Shown here one piece after another: positions 26,791-40,200 of a DNA stretch of 64,000 bases. The stretch is from positions 5,952,001-6,016,000 of the forward strand of contig OX597832.1 of assembly GCA_951406725.2 (NCBI GenBank), in the 5' to 3' direction. Below the pieces are notes generated by a model. That model was not told the DNA's origin, did not search any database, and saw only the letters and a program-made list of their open reading frames with translations. Position numbers and translations under genes: made by a program. This DNA comes from Octopus vulgaris (Eukaryota). How positions within the stretch are numbered: the first letter of the stretch is position 1; every line of letters begins with the position of its first letter.

Positions 26791-27344
26791 TTGGGTTGTC
26801 CGGAAAGTTCGTGCCGATTCATAGTAGCTTACCTTTCGACTTATTTTAGAACATGGTTGAGTCCATGAAATAGGATTTGACTACACCTCCATTTAAGCTA
26901 TATTTTCGTGGAAGAAGGTTTATGTTCCTATAACCTGTGTTAATTCTGTAACCCTTTAAAATGGAAGATAAGGAAGTTCATTTTCGGCACTTGATGCTTT
27001 GGGAACCAGACAAAAATTGCTGCAGCTCGGCTGGGATGTGTTACCTCACCCTCCATATTCACCAGATATTGCTCCTTCGGATTTCCACTTATTCAGGTCT
27101 CTACAGAATAGTCTTAATGGTAAAAATTTCAATTCCTTGGATGACGTAAAAAGATACCTTGATTAATTCGTTGCCGTGAAACCACCTCAGTTCTGGAAAG
27201 AGGGTATTTTCAAGTTAAAGGAAAGATGGAGACGCAGTGTGCAACAAAATGGTTCACATTTGGTTGATTAAAAATGTAATGGCAAGTATTTATTAACCTT
27301 TTTCTTTCCTTTAAATATCGGCATGGACTTTCCGAACAGCCCAA
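26791..27344 (+). mobile_element. Internally deleted non-autonomous mariner (554 bp)
   Basis: TIRs ttgggttgtccggaaagttcgtgccgat and atcggcatggactttccgaacagcccaa, with TA on both sides. MEDKEVHFRHLMLWE is fused out of frame to LGWDVLPHPPYSPDIAPSDFHLFRSLQNSL. Confidence 0.95.
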
Positions 27345-28054
27345 TAGAATTCTTCTCTTGCATATTTAAGTATTGTTCTTCCCTTTTATTTAAATTTATA
27401 TACTATATATTTTACAACATTTATATTTTCCTTTACATTTTATCTTTTATTTTTTTACTTTACCTTTATGTTTATGTTATTTTATTTTATTTTATCTTTA
27501 TTTACATCAATAATTCACTAGCTGAATACATACGCATTATACATTATATATACGATCTAACTTCTTAAACTTATAAGTAATTCGTCAGCATCCTTTCAAG
27601 AAATAAGTTAACCTTTGTTGTATAAGCTCATAAAGTCCTGATGAGGTTCTGCCCCATATAGTTGAAATGATAACCAATTCTTAGCATATGACCCTACCCA
27701 AATGCTTAGAAATACGAATCACTTTGGGGTATGAATCGAAAAATATAAGTAGGATTTTGGCATCTGCTATTGCTTTTAGAGTTTTATAATTTCTAATTTA
27801 TTTGTATTGCTTTAATAAAAAAAAAACTTTCAACCTCATAATATCATACATATAAATTATTTATGTATCCATAATTCTCTATTTTCTTTCTGTCATTATT
27901 AACTATATGTATTACTATAGAAGTCCCTAACATATCGTCGAGACTTCTTCTTTGAGGACCTGACCTCCCTAATGAGGACCTGGCATCCTCGAATTGACTA
28001 TATACATATATATGTACACACTTACACACGCACACAAACACATACACACATGCA

Positions 28055-28129
<75 letters not shown>

Positions 28130-28632
28130 GAAACTTCTTATTGGCTTAGCTTTGCAAACGAAGGTTAAGAAGGGATTTGTACACGTTGTCTGCAGGTACT
28201 TTTATGGAAGCAGTTGAATGTCTGGTCAGGATTTCACACCGATGTGTTTCAGTTCTTCCTTTTGCGTCTTTTGTCCTTGAGAATGGCTCTGTAGATGTTT
28301 TTGTGAGAGGAGACAAAATGGTTAATGGTGAGACACCAGGCGTCACGATCCTCGGCTGGAGTGGACCACTGGTGATGGTCGATGTAATAGGTACCAAAAG
28401 ATTTTTTCAAACTTCTTTCGTGTCACTCTGCCGCGTTGGCCTTTGAAGAGTTCACCGTACAACGTGATCTTGGACAGGTTGATGAGCCTTCCTGCTGGAG
28501 GTGTGTCCTGCCCAGCGTAGCTGGGGACTTCAGCAGCACGTTCTCCATGCTGGTAATCTTAAATACTTGCTTAAGAACTTCAACATTGAGGATGAAGTCA
28601 TTCCAGTGGATGCTGACAATGATGGTGCAGCG
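28130..28632 (-). mobile_element. RTE-BovB-type LINE 3' remnant
   Basis: IHWNDFILNVEVLKQ..ITSMENVLLKS.QLRWAGH...LSKITLYGEL.KGQR...IDHHQWST.AEDRDAW, read across frameshifts. Confidence 0.85.
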
Positions 28633-28959
28633 ATATATATATATATATATATATATATATCTTACATTTAGTAGGATGCAGAGGGGCTTGCAGGAGACCA
28701 CCAGGGATAGAGAGCGCTGGGGAACTTGGTCTGCTCTACACATGATGACATCTCTCCACCACTAACCTGCGATGATCTCAGCCACATCTTGCAAGAGCAT
28801 GAAATGAGAGAAGCAAGCGCGTACAATAATAATATAGGACACATCTATATACGTAACAGTACAACAGCAGTGTGGTATCCACACATCTATACATATATAG
28901 ATATGAATATACATCCAGTTATACACGGACACGACAAAAGTAAATAGACATCCTTATAA

Positions 28960-29905
28960 TCGTTAAACTGTATTTAAATCGGAAATTATACATTCAAATT
29001 ATTTATTAATTGTTATAATGTAAATGTCTAATATTTAGTAGAATGCCCTTTACATTTTTCAATGTAAGGACCCTATTATGCATGCTACTGATCATATGAC
29101 AAATATTCTCTTGAGGGATTTTTTGCCAAATTGTATGCAGTAATCTCAGAAGATCTGGCTTTGAGGATGCTTTCTTGCTCTTTTTACATAGGGTTCTATC
29201 CATTATGGCTCAGAGGTGTTCAATGGTGTACATATTTAGTGACTGGCTTGGCCAGGGAAGCTTTTTAATGCCTATTTCTTCCAACCAATCTTGAGTATTT
29301 CTAGTTGTGTGACTAGGAACCCCATCTTCCATAAATAAAGTCTTCCTTAATCATTTTACCACTAGAGAAGATTGGAAGGAGTCCTTTCTGCAATATGCAT
29401 AATATTTATCTGAATTTTTGTTTCCCTCACACTCCACCAGCCCTGATTGACCATTGCTCCCCAGACCATCACAGAATGGCCTCAGTGTTTCATTGTTGGC
29501 TGCAATCTTTTCACATCAAATTCTTGATCACAGAGTCTCGAGGCCTACACTCGACCACTCTCAGGAAATACAGCAAATCTGGACTCATCATAAAATATGA
29601 CAGTATGCCAAAATGCTAGTGGCTTTTCCATCCTCTCACTGGCCCAATCTTTTCTTCCGATTGATATTGGCTGGTCAAAGAAGTGGCTTCTTTCTTGCTG
29701 CCCTGCTACAGTAACCAAGTTTGTGGAGATACTTGACAGCTGTTCTGGGACTGACATCAACTCATTCTGCTATGTCAGAGGCCTAGCAACACTTCTCTTT
29801 ACAAAGCGAAGGGTCCTGCCAGAGAGCCCTGAGTCGACCTGGGTGAGGTGATGTGAACTTCTTCGCCTCTCTGGTGAATTGCTCCATGCCACACAAGCAG
29901 AACCC
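28960..29905 (-). mobile_element. Tc1-family (DD34E) transposon remnant
   Basis: WHTVIFYDESRF, a degraded LPWPSQSLN, and IWQKIPQENICHMISSMHNRV..L..VKG. Confidence 0.85.
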
Positions 29906-30390
29906 AGTCATGGCTGCCATACAACTTGAAGTTCTTTTGCCAGTTCTCGAGTAGTTTTATTTGGATCTTTCTCAATGACGGTCATTAATTGACCGTCATC
30001 GATGACAGATGGGCATCCAATACACTCGCGATGTTCAATGCTCAGGTCACCACTGCAACATCGCTGTAACCACTTTCGAGCTGACCACTCACTGGTCATT
30101 TCTTCACCAGACGTTTCGTTAATATCGCGAGCAGTTTCAGCTGCTTTACGTCATTTTTCGAAGTTAAATAGCAAAGTTACTCGAATATTGCGCTTCGACC
30201 GTTCCATTTCAGATGATTGTAATAGCTATGAAAAAAAATCAAAGTTAATTTATTGATGCATTTGAGCAAGTCTGTGACTGTATTATCAGACAATTTCCAA
30301 AAACATTTTTTAAAAATTCAAAACTTTGCAAAGATCCGCTACAAATTCTTCATGGTTCAAAACACTGCTTACTTTTTACTCAACCTGATA
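29906..30390 (-). mobile_element. mariner 5' half (TIR plus HTH region)
   Basis: TIR-like tcaggttgagtaaaaagtaagcagtg. MERSKRNIRVTLLFNF...KAAETARDINE...SARKWLQR...GDLSIE...DPNKTTRELAKEL. Confidence 0.85.
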
Positions 30391-30394
30391 TATA

Positions 30395-30556
30395 GGCGCA
30401 GGCGTGGCTGTATGGTAAGATGTTTGCTTCCCAACCACATGGTTCCGGGTTCAGTTCTCTGCGTGGAACCTTGGGCAAGTGTCTTCTACTATAGCCTTGG
30501 GCCGAGTAAAGCCTTGTGAGTGTATTTGGTTGACGGCAACTGGAAGAAGCCCGTTG

Positions 30557-30611
<55 letters not shown>

Positions 30612-30621
30612 CTATGTGTGT

Positions 30622-30661
<40 letters not shown>

Positions 30662-30875
30662 GTGTATTTGTGTGTCTATGTTTATTCCCCTCCGTCGCTT
30701 GACAACCGATGCTCGTATGTTTACGTCCCCGTAACTTAGCGGTTCGGCAAAAGAGACCGATAGAATAAGTACTAGGCTTACAAAGAATAAGTTCTGGGAT
30801 CAATTTGTTCTACAAAAGACGGTGCTCAAGCATGGCCGCAGTCAAATTACTGAAACAAATAAAAGAATAAAAGAA
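30395..30875 (+). mobile_element. SINE family A, full length
   Basis: Homologue of 490-940. Confidence 0.9.
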
Positions 30876-32139
30876 TCTATATCTACATATATATATATAC
30901 AGAAATATATATATCTAAATATATATACATCTATACAAGTGCATACATATACATATGACTGTGTATGCTTGCGTGTGTGTACGTATGTATATATATATAT
31001 AGACACTCCAAAAGATACCTCACCATCTCACTATCCGAATATATATGAAGTTCAAAGGATGACCTATATTCACAATTATAAAATCAAATGGCTCATAAAA
31101 GAACGTGCGTTCTCCCGGTATTAATTTCCCCAGAGGTAGTAATTGTCTCTCGGAGAAGTATAATATCTTGTTACAGTCTTTTGCCATTTTTAAAAAGAAA
31201 GGTCAGAATTGGTGAAATATTACTGACACTTCCATCAATATTTTCTAAAGAACTCACAGCTAGCTAAACCACTTTATTCCCCACATAATGTATTTGCCAT
31301 TCTCCTCAAAAGATACTCACATATTGAAAATTGTTTATTTTTTGAAGAAACACATTCAGTTACCTTTCAACCATAAACCTTCATTAGCAATAGTGAATTC
31401 CCTTGCTTTGATGTGCTTAATAATACGGGGGTCATAATATATCATGTTTTCTGTATGTAAATTGATTAATATATCATGTGTTCTGTTGAATAAATGAACG
31501 TGTAAAGCATTTTTTAAAGACTATTAACCACCAAACAAATCTCAATAGGAGATAACATGTATACGCTCTCTCTCTCTCTCACACACACACACACAAACGC
31601 GTGCACCCTCTCTCTCTCCCTCCCTCTCTTTCTCTCTCTCTCCCTCCCTCTCTCTGTCTCTCTCTCTCATACACACATACAAACAGAGGCACACATGTTT
31701 ATTTGATAACTCTGATGCAGCTCCACATTACTTAAACTTTCGTGAACGTGGGCACATTCACTCATCAGATGTTCGCAATAAGAAAGGAGATAACTTAAAA
31801 GAAATTTAAAGTGGCTTCTAGTTATTTAAGCATCCATTAGTCAATTCAGATCATAGTTGTTTATGCTATCAAGCGGCCGTAGTTGTTTTATTCTTCGATC
31901 TATGAGGAGCAGTCAGTATGTCGGAGTCATTTTGTCGCCATTTTGCAGGAATATATTTGGCGACACCAGTTCTTTAGACTGGGTGTCACAAGTGGAAGAA
32001 CGGACAAGTTGTTGACGTGAATTAATTCATTGTGTGACCTAAACAGACCAATGGTGGCTTAAAAATCTGGATGTCATTTTAAATTTCCTCCACATCTTAT
32101 GAGGAGGAAGAGTCCTACGTCCACGAAATTTACATATAT

Positions 32140-32372
32140 ATTTCTTTACTACCCACAAGGGGCTAAACACAGAGGGGACAAGCAAGGATGGACAAAGGGA
32201 TTTAGTTAATCACATCGACCACAGTGCGTAACTGGTACTTAATTTATCGACCCCGAAAGGATGAAAGGCAAAGTCGACCTCGGCGGAATTTGAACTCAGA
32301 ACGTAACGGCAGACGAAATACGGCTTCGCATTTCGCCCGGCGTGCTAACGTTTCTGCCAGTTCGCCGCCTTT
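32140..32372 (-). mobile_element. SINE family B, alternative-tail subtype
   Basis: Family B head and core ending in ...gtcccctctgtgtttagccccttgtgggtagtaaagaaa. Confidence 0.85.
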
Positions 32373-33171
32373 TTCGAAATTTACATATATGCACACATTT
32401 ACATATACAGACATATATGTATATATGCATTTATTTATATATGTGTCTGGTTATATGTGTGTGTGTGTGAGTGCGTGTGCAAATGTGTATGTGTATAATT
32501 TTCGGAAATGTATATTGATTGAAGAGTTAATGATTGTCAAGAAATTTGATAAGCCGAACGAGATCCTTTGTGATGTTTCTTTCACTGGAGTTGCTCTGAG
32601 ATTTCAAGACTAAACTGCTTTGATCATGGTTCCACTCGAGCAGTATTGACCTGGGACTAAAACACTAACAACAATGTACTTATTAATCTTAGTGATTCAG
32701 ATGAAGGATGTCCGCTATAACTGTTATCTTAATTAAATTATCTTGACTTACTTATATCAAGTACGCTAACGCCTACTTTACTAAGTCTTCATCCAACTTG
32801 TGTCACTGGGAGTGCAACTTTAGTGTATGGTCTACCTCAGTATCCGTACGCTAGGCCGTCATATTACGTGATCGGGATTAGGATTAGGGCTTCGGTTTAA
32901 GGTTAAAGTAAAAGTTAAACTGGGTTGTAGCTGTGCTACCAACATAAAAAACTAAAATTAATCCAACTAAATTAACTGAGGGTAACTACATGCAAAAATA
33001 CGAAGACATGTCTGTTAGCCAGTCATGCAATACTAAAGGGATTATTATACATGCACCCTCCCCCAAATACACTCACACACGTACATGTGTATACGTATGT
33101 ATATATGTATATATATATATATATATATACCAGCGATAATAATTAATTTTATTTTATCGCATTCTGACTTT

Positions 33172-33213
<42 letters not shown>

Positions 33214-33218
<5 letters not shown>

Positions 33219-33950
33219 ATCCAAACAAGAAAACACAAAAAACAAAAAAGCACAACAACGCGATGACGTGGAACAAATAAAGTATTATTGGACGCTCAGG
33301 AAAGAAGGGAAGAAGGAGAGTTTAACGTTTCGAGCGGAGCTCTTCATCGGAAACATAGGAAAAGGAAAGATCCCGAGAAGGGAAGACAGAGGAAAAAATC
33401 GCCAGCGCTACTCACGAGGTCACATATTGAAAGACCGGAAGTAGAAAGGTGGAAGAATAATGTTTTTTAAAGACAGGAGAGTTTTCAAAGACAGTAGGTA
33501 GTATGTCAAAGACAAGGAAAGTGAGGGGGGAATGTGTGTGGATGTGTGCGTGCGCGGAGGTCTGCATATGCGCGTGTGTGTGTATGTGTGCAATGATGAC
33601 ACGTGTGTGTATGTGTGCAATGATGACACGTGTGTGTGCGTGTGTGTGTGTGTATGTGTATATGGCGAACAACTGGCTAGTAGCTGGCCAGTTTGTAAGA
33701 ATAAGGAGTGGTGTTTTTTGTGTCCAGCCACAGGTCAAAACAAAGAGGTATGTGTGTGTGCGTGTATGTATATGTATCATGTGTGTGTTTTGTTTGTAGT
33801 GTGTGAGTGTATGTGTGTGTTCGTGTGTGTATGCGTAGAGTTTGGGTGTGTGGCGAGAAACTGTGCTTAACTTAGTGTATGTGTGCGTGTGTGCTTGTAC
33901 GTGCGTGTGTGTACAAATGTAGAAGTTTATATGTGTGTTTATATGTTTAT
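33214..33950 (-). mobile_element. Penelope-like 3' terminal region ending in (TA)n
   Basis: CA-rich UTR, HHR motif and terminal segment are homologous in layout to the GIY-YIG-linked copy at 53452-53900. Confidence 0.6.
33320..33354 (-). ncRNA. Minimal type I hammerhead ribozyme-like motif
   Basis: GUUU-CCGAUGA-A-GAGC(UCC)GCUC-GAAACGUU-AAAC. Helix I GUUU/AAAC, helix II GAGC/GCUC, palindromic helix III, U4C core variant. Confidence 0.7.
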
Positions 33951-34008
33951 ATGTGTGTATATATATGTATGCAAGCACACACTTTATAATTGAAAGATTG
34001 ATATATAC

Positions 34009-34116
<108 letters not shown>

Positions 34117-34314
34117 TAACAAAAAGGGACAACAAAACATCCAGATATACGATACAAAAAAACAAGGTAATGTCATTCGAAGCTTTCTATCCTCAGTCAA
34201 GAACCGGATCATCCTCGCAATTTTGGCTGATTATCGTCTATGGATGTTTTGTTGTCCCTTTTTGTATCACCTAGTTGTCCGGATCTTTTGCGTTCTTGTC
34301 CCATTTTGTATTAT

Positions 34315-34388
<74 letters not shown>

Positions 34389-34438
34389 TTGGCAAAAAAT
34401 GACCATCTCGAAATACAATATATACATATATATATATA

Positions 34439-35177
34439 TTAGCAGTAATACCCGTCGTTGATCGGGTAGTTACTTTTATTATTTCCCGGGCCGAGAAGCT
34501 AGAAAATAGTTATATCACATAGAAGTATAGCTTTACGGAATCTAAGTGACTGCGATGGCACTGTAAAGGCTACAGGTCAAATGGAACATCCATTTGTCAC
34601 TATTTCTGTTGACGTTTGAATAGGCGGTATGTGAAAGAGAATTGAAAGATTCAGTTTTTTGAAACTGCGCCAGAATGAGACTACGCCTACAGATTTAGGT
34701 TTAGTCGTCCTATATGTGTGTATTATGTAAGAGAAAAATATGTAATAATTGAAGTAGAAAAAAGATGGATTTCATATACGAATTTCTGTTTGTTCTTCAA
34801 GTTACAATCCAGCTACTTTTAGTATTTGGCCCTGAGTTTTATTAATTCTCATGGCAAAAGAAAGCGCGATAGGAAACTGTAACAGCTTAAATTTGAATGG
34901 GACGTTAGGTGGTATAACTGGTATGCAAGGAACGAAAACAGTGTTAGCTTTATCACAACCGGAGAGAATATTTGCCTCAATGCAGTTCCTCATAGGATTG
35001 TGTACAATTAATGTTGTACCATTGCATAATTTTTGTTGAGACAAATTAGGCAATAGCATAATAGGAGATATAGAGAAAACATAATAGCTTCCCTTGAACC
35101 ATCTACTTTCATTTTGGTGGACAAACAAACGAACAAATACACAAACGGAAAGAATCTCTCTTTTATATGTATATAGA
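34439..35177 (-). mobile_element. Non-autonomous Helitron carrying a PIF1 helicase C-terminal fragment
   Basis: KLCNGT.LIV....N.IEA.ILSG.....VF.P.IP.IP.NVPFKFK.LQFPI.LSFAM.INK.QGQ.LKVAGL. The 5' end is TC, and the 3' end is a cccg-atcaacga-cggg hairpin followed by CTAA|T. Confidence 0.9.
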
Positions 35178-35340
35178 TATATGATATAATATAATATAAT
35201 AATAGATAGATACATATACATAATAGCTTCCTTTGAACCATTTAATCTCAGTCTGGTGGACAAACAAATGAACAAACACACAATCGGACAGAACTCCTCT
35301 TATATATATATATATACAATCTATATATATATATAAACAA

Positions 35341-35949
<609 letters not shown>

Positions 35950-36059
35950 GATATAAGATAAAATAAAATAAGAAGAAAAAGCATAATAGTTTTCCTTGAA
36001 CTATTTACTTTCATTTTGGAGGGCAAACGAACAATCACACAAACGGTCAGAATCTTTGT

Positions 36060-36146
<87 letters not shown>

Positions 36147-37255
36147 CGAGAAAGTTAGAGAGCAGAAGTTATCTTCACCAAGCATTAAACTCGTATGTAA
36201 TGATAATGCATGTATGATGGGAGTTGAATTTAGCAACACTATTTCAACTACATTTTTTCCTTAATAAATATAGAGATTAAAACAAAATCTATGTGTTACA
36301 TCCGGAGGAAGAAAAACAAATCAAGCAACTAATTTTAACAGCAAATGGAAGAAATGCGACAAAGTGTTGCGGATGAAGCATCACTGAGAAGACCACATCG
36401 CTAAACTCTTAATAAATATACAATATATCTTAATGCAATATCGAAAACCTTCTCTGTTACGTCTCTACTTCGATAAATATCCCCAGAAACAGTACGAGAT
36501 AATACAACCATCTTGGTAAAAGGATCTAAGCCTAACTAATTACCGCAAAATACACCATCCCTGTTTTCTTCCGCAATTATAAACAACTAATAGATACACC
36601 TTATCACACTATGGCAATACACTCTTTGACTTTTCACCTGTTGCACCGGGCTCTGACTTTTCTAATCAGCTTTTATCTTTCCTTAACACGCACGCGCACG
36701 TACACACACACACACACACACACACATACACATACATACATACACACACTACTCTCTCTTTCTCACTCTCCTTCTCTCTCCCTTTCACACACACAAATAC
36801 ATGCATGTACTTTATTTATCGACCTCCAAAAGATGGAAGACAAAATTAGCAGCGGCAGATTTAAACAGGGACTGCAGAAAACAAGAACAAAAGCAACCTT
36901 AATTCTTTGATACGGCGCATTACAACATGTACTCCGCTGAATTACCACCCAGTGGTGTAACGCAATTTATACGACGCATTCTACACAATTAATATCCAAT
37001 AAATAACACGAACACACTCTTATATAATCGATATCTGATAATACAACACGCCTCGCAGTCCACCAGTGACTCATATGATTCACATTGCATCTAGTGTACA
37101 CATCAAAACAACCACAACCTCCTCACCACACAACGAAACAAAGTTACATTAGTAGCATACAAACGCGATTCAACTTCCTTTAAAGATAATGTTATGCATA
37201 TTTCAGGCACATAGAGATACACCTGTTGGTGCAGCAGAAAATCACGTGAAACTAT

Positions 37256-37410
37256 TGATGATGATGGTGATGGTGATGATGATGATGAGGAGGAGGAGGA
37301 TAATGACAATAATAATAATAATAAAAATAATAATAATAAGAAGAAGAATGATGATGATGATGATGATGACGATAATAATAATAATAATAATCATAATAAT
37401 CATAATAATG

Positions 37411-37502
<92 letters not shown>

Positions 37503-37579
37503 AAGAAGAAGAAAAAAGAAGAAGAAGAAGAAGAAGAAGAAGAAGAAGAAGAAGAAGAAGAAGAAGAAGAATGATGATG

Positions 37580-37619
<40 letters not shown>

Positions 37620-37620
37620 G
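37256..37620 (+). repeat. Compound trinucleotide microsatellite (GAT/AAT/GAA)
   Basis: Alternating in-register blocks, read directly. Confidence 0.95.
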
Positions 37621-38003
37621 TTTCAATTTTTGGCACAAGGACAGTAATTTCAGTGGCGAGGTGGCTTTTTTCGATTACACTGACTCCAGTGCTCAACTGA
37701 TACTTATTTTATTGACCCGGGTAGGATGAAAAGCAAAGTCGACCTGGGCGGAATTTGAACTTAGACGAAATGCTGCTAAGCATTTTGCCCGGCGTGCTTC
37801 ATCCTTAAACAACCCTTATTCAGGGACCTTTTGAGCGGGATGGGCTACTCGAACTGAAGAAAATTTTAACTGGGCTCCACCTGCAAGGTCATGTGCTGTT
37901 TATCTCGCGCACATATGGTTGTGATGCATGTATCCGGTGCACACTTAACAGACGAGTAGTCATGATGGCTATATTGTATCCGAGTATCACTTTACTCTCT
38001 CAT

Positions 38004-38067
<64 letters not shown>

Positions 38068-38076
38068 TAATAATAA

Positions 38077-38129
<53 letters not shown>

Positions 38130-38139
38130 ATAATAATAA

Positions 38140-38700
38140 ATGCCCTGATGCAGTACCAGGCAGTGGCTCTCATGGCTTCTGATCTTAACTGATTGGAAGT
38201 GTTATCATGTACAGTGTTTTGTCTTGGTACAAAAGATGGGCTACAGCAAATATTCTGCTCAATACCACAGATTTGTTTGTCAATTGTTTGACCTTAACCA
38301 GTTGAGCATGTCCCTTAGTGGCTGACGATATGTGCATCTCTGATCACGAGCAGAAGTAGTGGGGGAGCATCATGGCCGTATGTTGAAAGGAATTCTTAGA
38401 GGTTTGGATTATTCACCTTTGGAAACACGGGTAGTTCGTTCAACATCCTTAAACAATCCTTGTTCAGGGACCTTTTGAGCGGGATAGGCTACCTGACCAG
38501 AAGAAACTTCTAATTAGGCCCCACCTGCAAGGTCATGCGCTGTTTATCTTGATATGAGATCACCATGTCGCGCACATATGGTTGTGATGCATGTGCCTGG
38601 TGTACCCTTATCAGACGGGTAGCCATGATGGGTATACTGGGCTTCGTATATTTTACCCCAGTGTCACTTTGATGTCATGCACCGCTCTCCCACTCAATAA
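38140..38700 (-). mobile_element. Non-coding interspersed repeat embedded in (TAA)n, with a partial second copy at 37800-38005
   Basis: 37800-38005 duplicates 38444-38690 in diverged form. Both abut TAA arrays. Confidence 0.7.
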
Positions 38701-38705
38701 TGATG

Positions 38706-39320
<615 letters not shown>

Positions 39321-40019
39321 ATGCTAAATTACTGTTGACATTGTTGGAAAAACTTCCCATGAGAATCCCATTAATGTCACAAACGTTCACTTAATCATTC
39401 TGGTGTTACGTTAGTGAAAAGGAACAATACTGAATGAATTACTAAAGGAAACTGTTGGGAGATTGGCTGTAATAATCAGGTACATCCGTGTATATACTCT
39501 GAATTAAATCATTAAATCTCCTCTCAAAATTACGAATGACACCATGACCATAAATCATTTCTTTTTTTCAAGCTTTTGGTGAAGTTGAAGGTTGTCATTG
39601 TGTCATTATAGAATAATTTCAAAATTAAACTATTCGGTCGCAAATATCAATGTATTTATCCATTTTTACTTACACAGCACATTGTGAATTTTTCACTCAA
39701 ATGAAGCGTTAAAAATTATCTAAAACATCTTGGGCAGAAAGTTTAAATGACTATCACATAATAACCGGATATGATTTAATTGAGTCTGTTTGAGCACTCA
39801 AAAAACGTTTGGTATATTTTCCAAACAGAAATTATCCTACTATCAGAAAATATTGTGGTAAAGAAAATTAAATACAAAATGTTTGCTTATTGATGAGATT
39901 GTATTAAAAGTATTTATATACAAGAATACATACTGGACTATATATATTATACAGGAGACTACCTTTTACCTCTTATCTTTTGCTGGTTTCAGCCAGAGAC
40001 TGAGACCAAGCTCAGGCAC

Positions 40020-40200
40020 TTTGCTGTATAGTTTCTGGTGAAGTAGCGGGTTGGAAGGAGCTGCTATTCTTCGTGCCTCCTACTCCAATGTAGGTCCATC
40101 TGGTATCTTAGATAGAAATTTGTCCAGACGTTCTTGAAGACCTCCACATCTACACCTCGCAAATCTGTGAGGTTCTTTGGCTGAATGTTGATGAATAGTT
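40020..40200 (-). mobile_element. CR1/L2-group (Crack-like) LINE 3' end
   Basis: RLDKFLSKIPDGPTLE*EARRIAAPSNPLLHQ resembles FK..LD.FL..(I/V)PD.P.......A.SNSL..Q. Confidence 0.7.

Noticed and set aside
27630-27730. CTGATGA...GAAA...TC-ACTTT, a possible hammerhead
   Set aside because: Helix II is not convincingly paired and helix I is out of register. At best it is a highly decayed copy.
32870-32925. TTAGGG-like degenerate repeats
   Set aside because: Only a few imperfect units, so not a telomere or a supportable interstitial telomeric array.
37189-37647. 152-aa ORF with poly-M/I/R/K/N blocks resembling a designed peptide
   Set aside because: It is a compound trinucleotide microsatellite produced by slippage.
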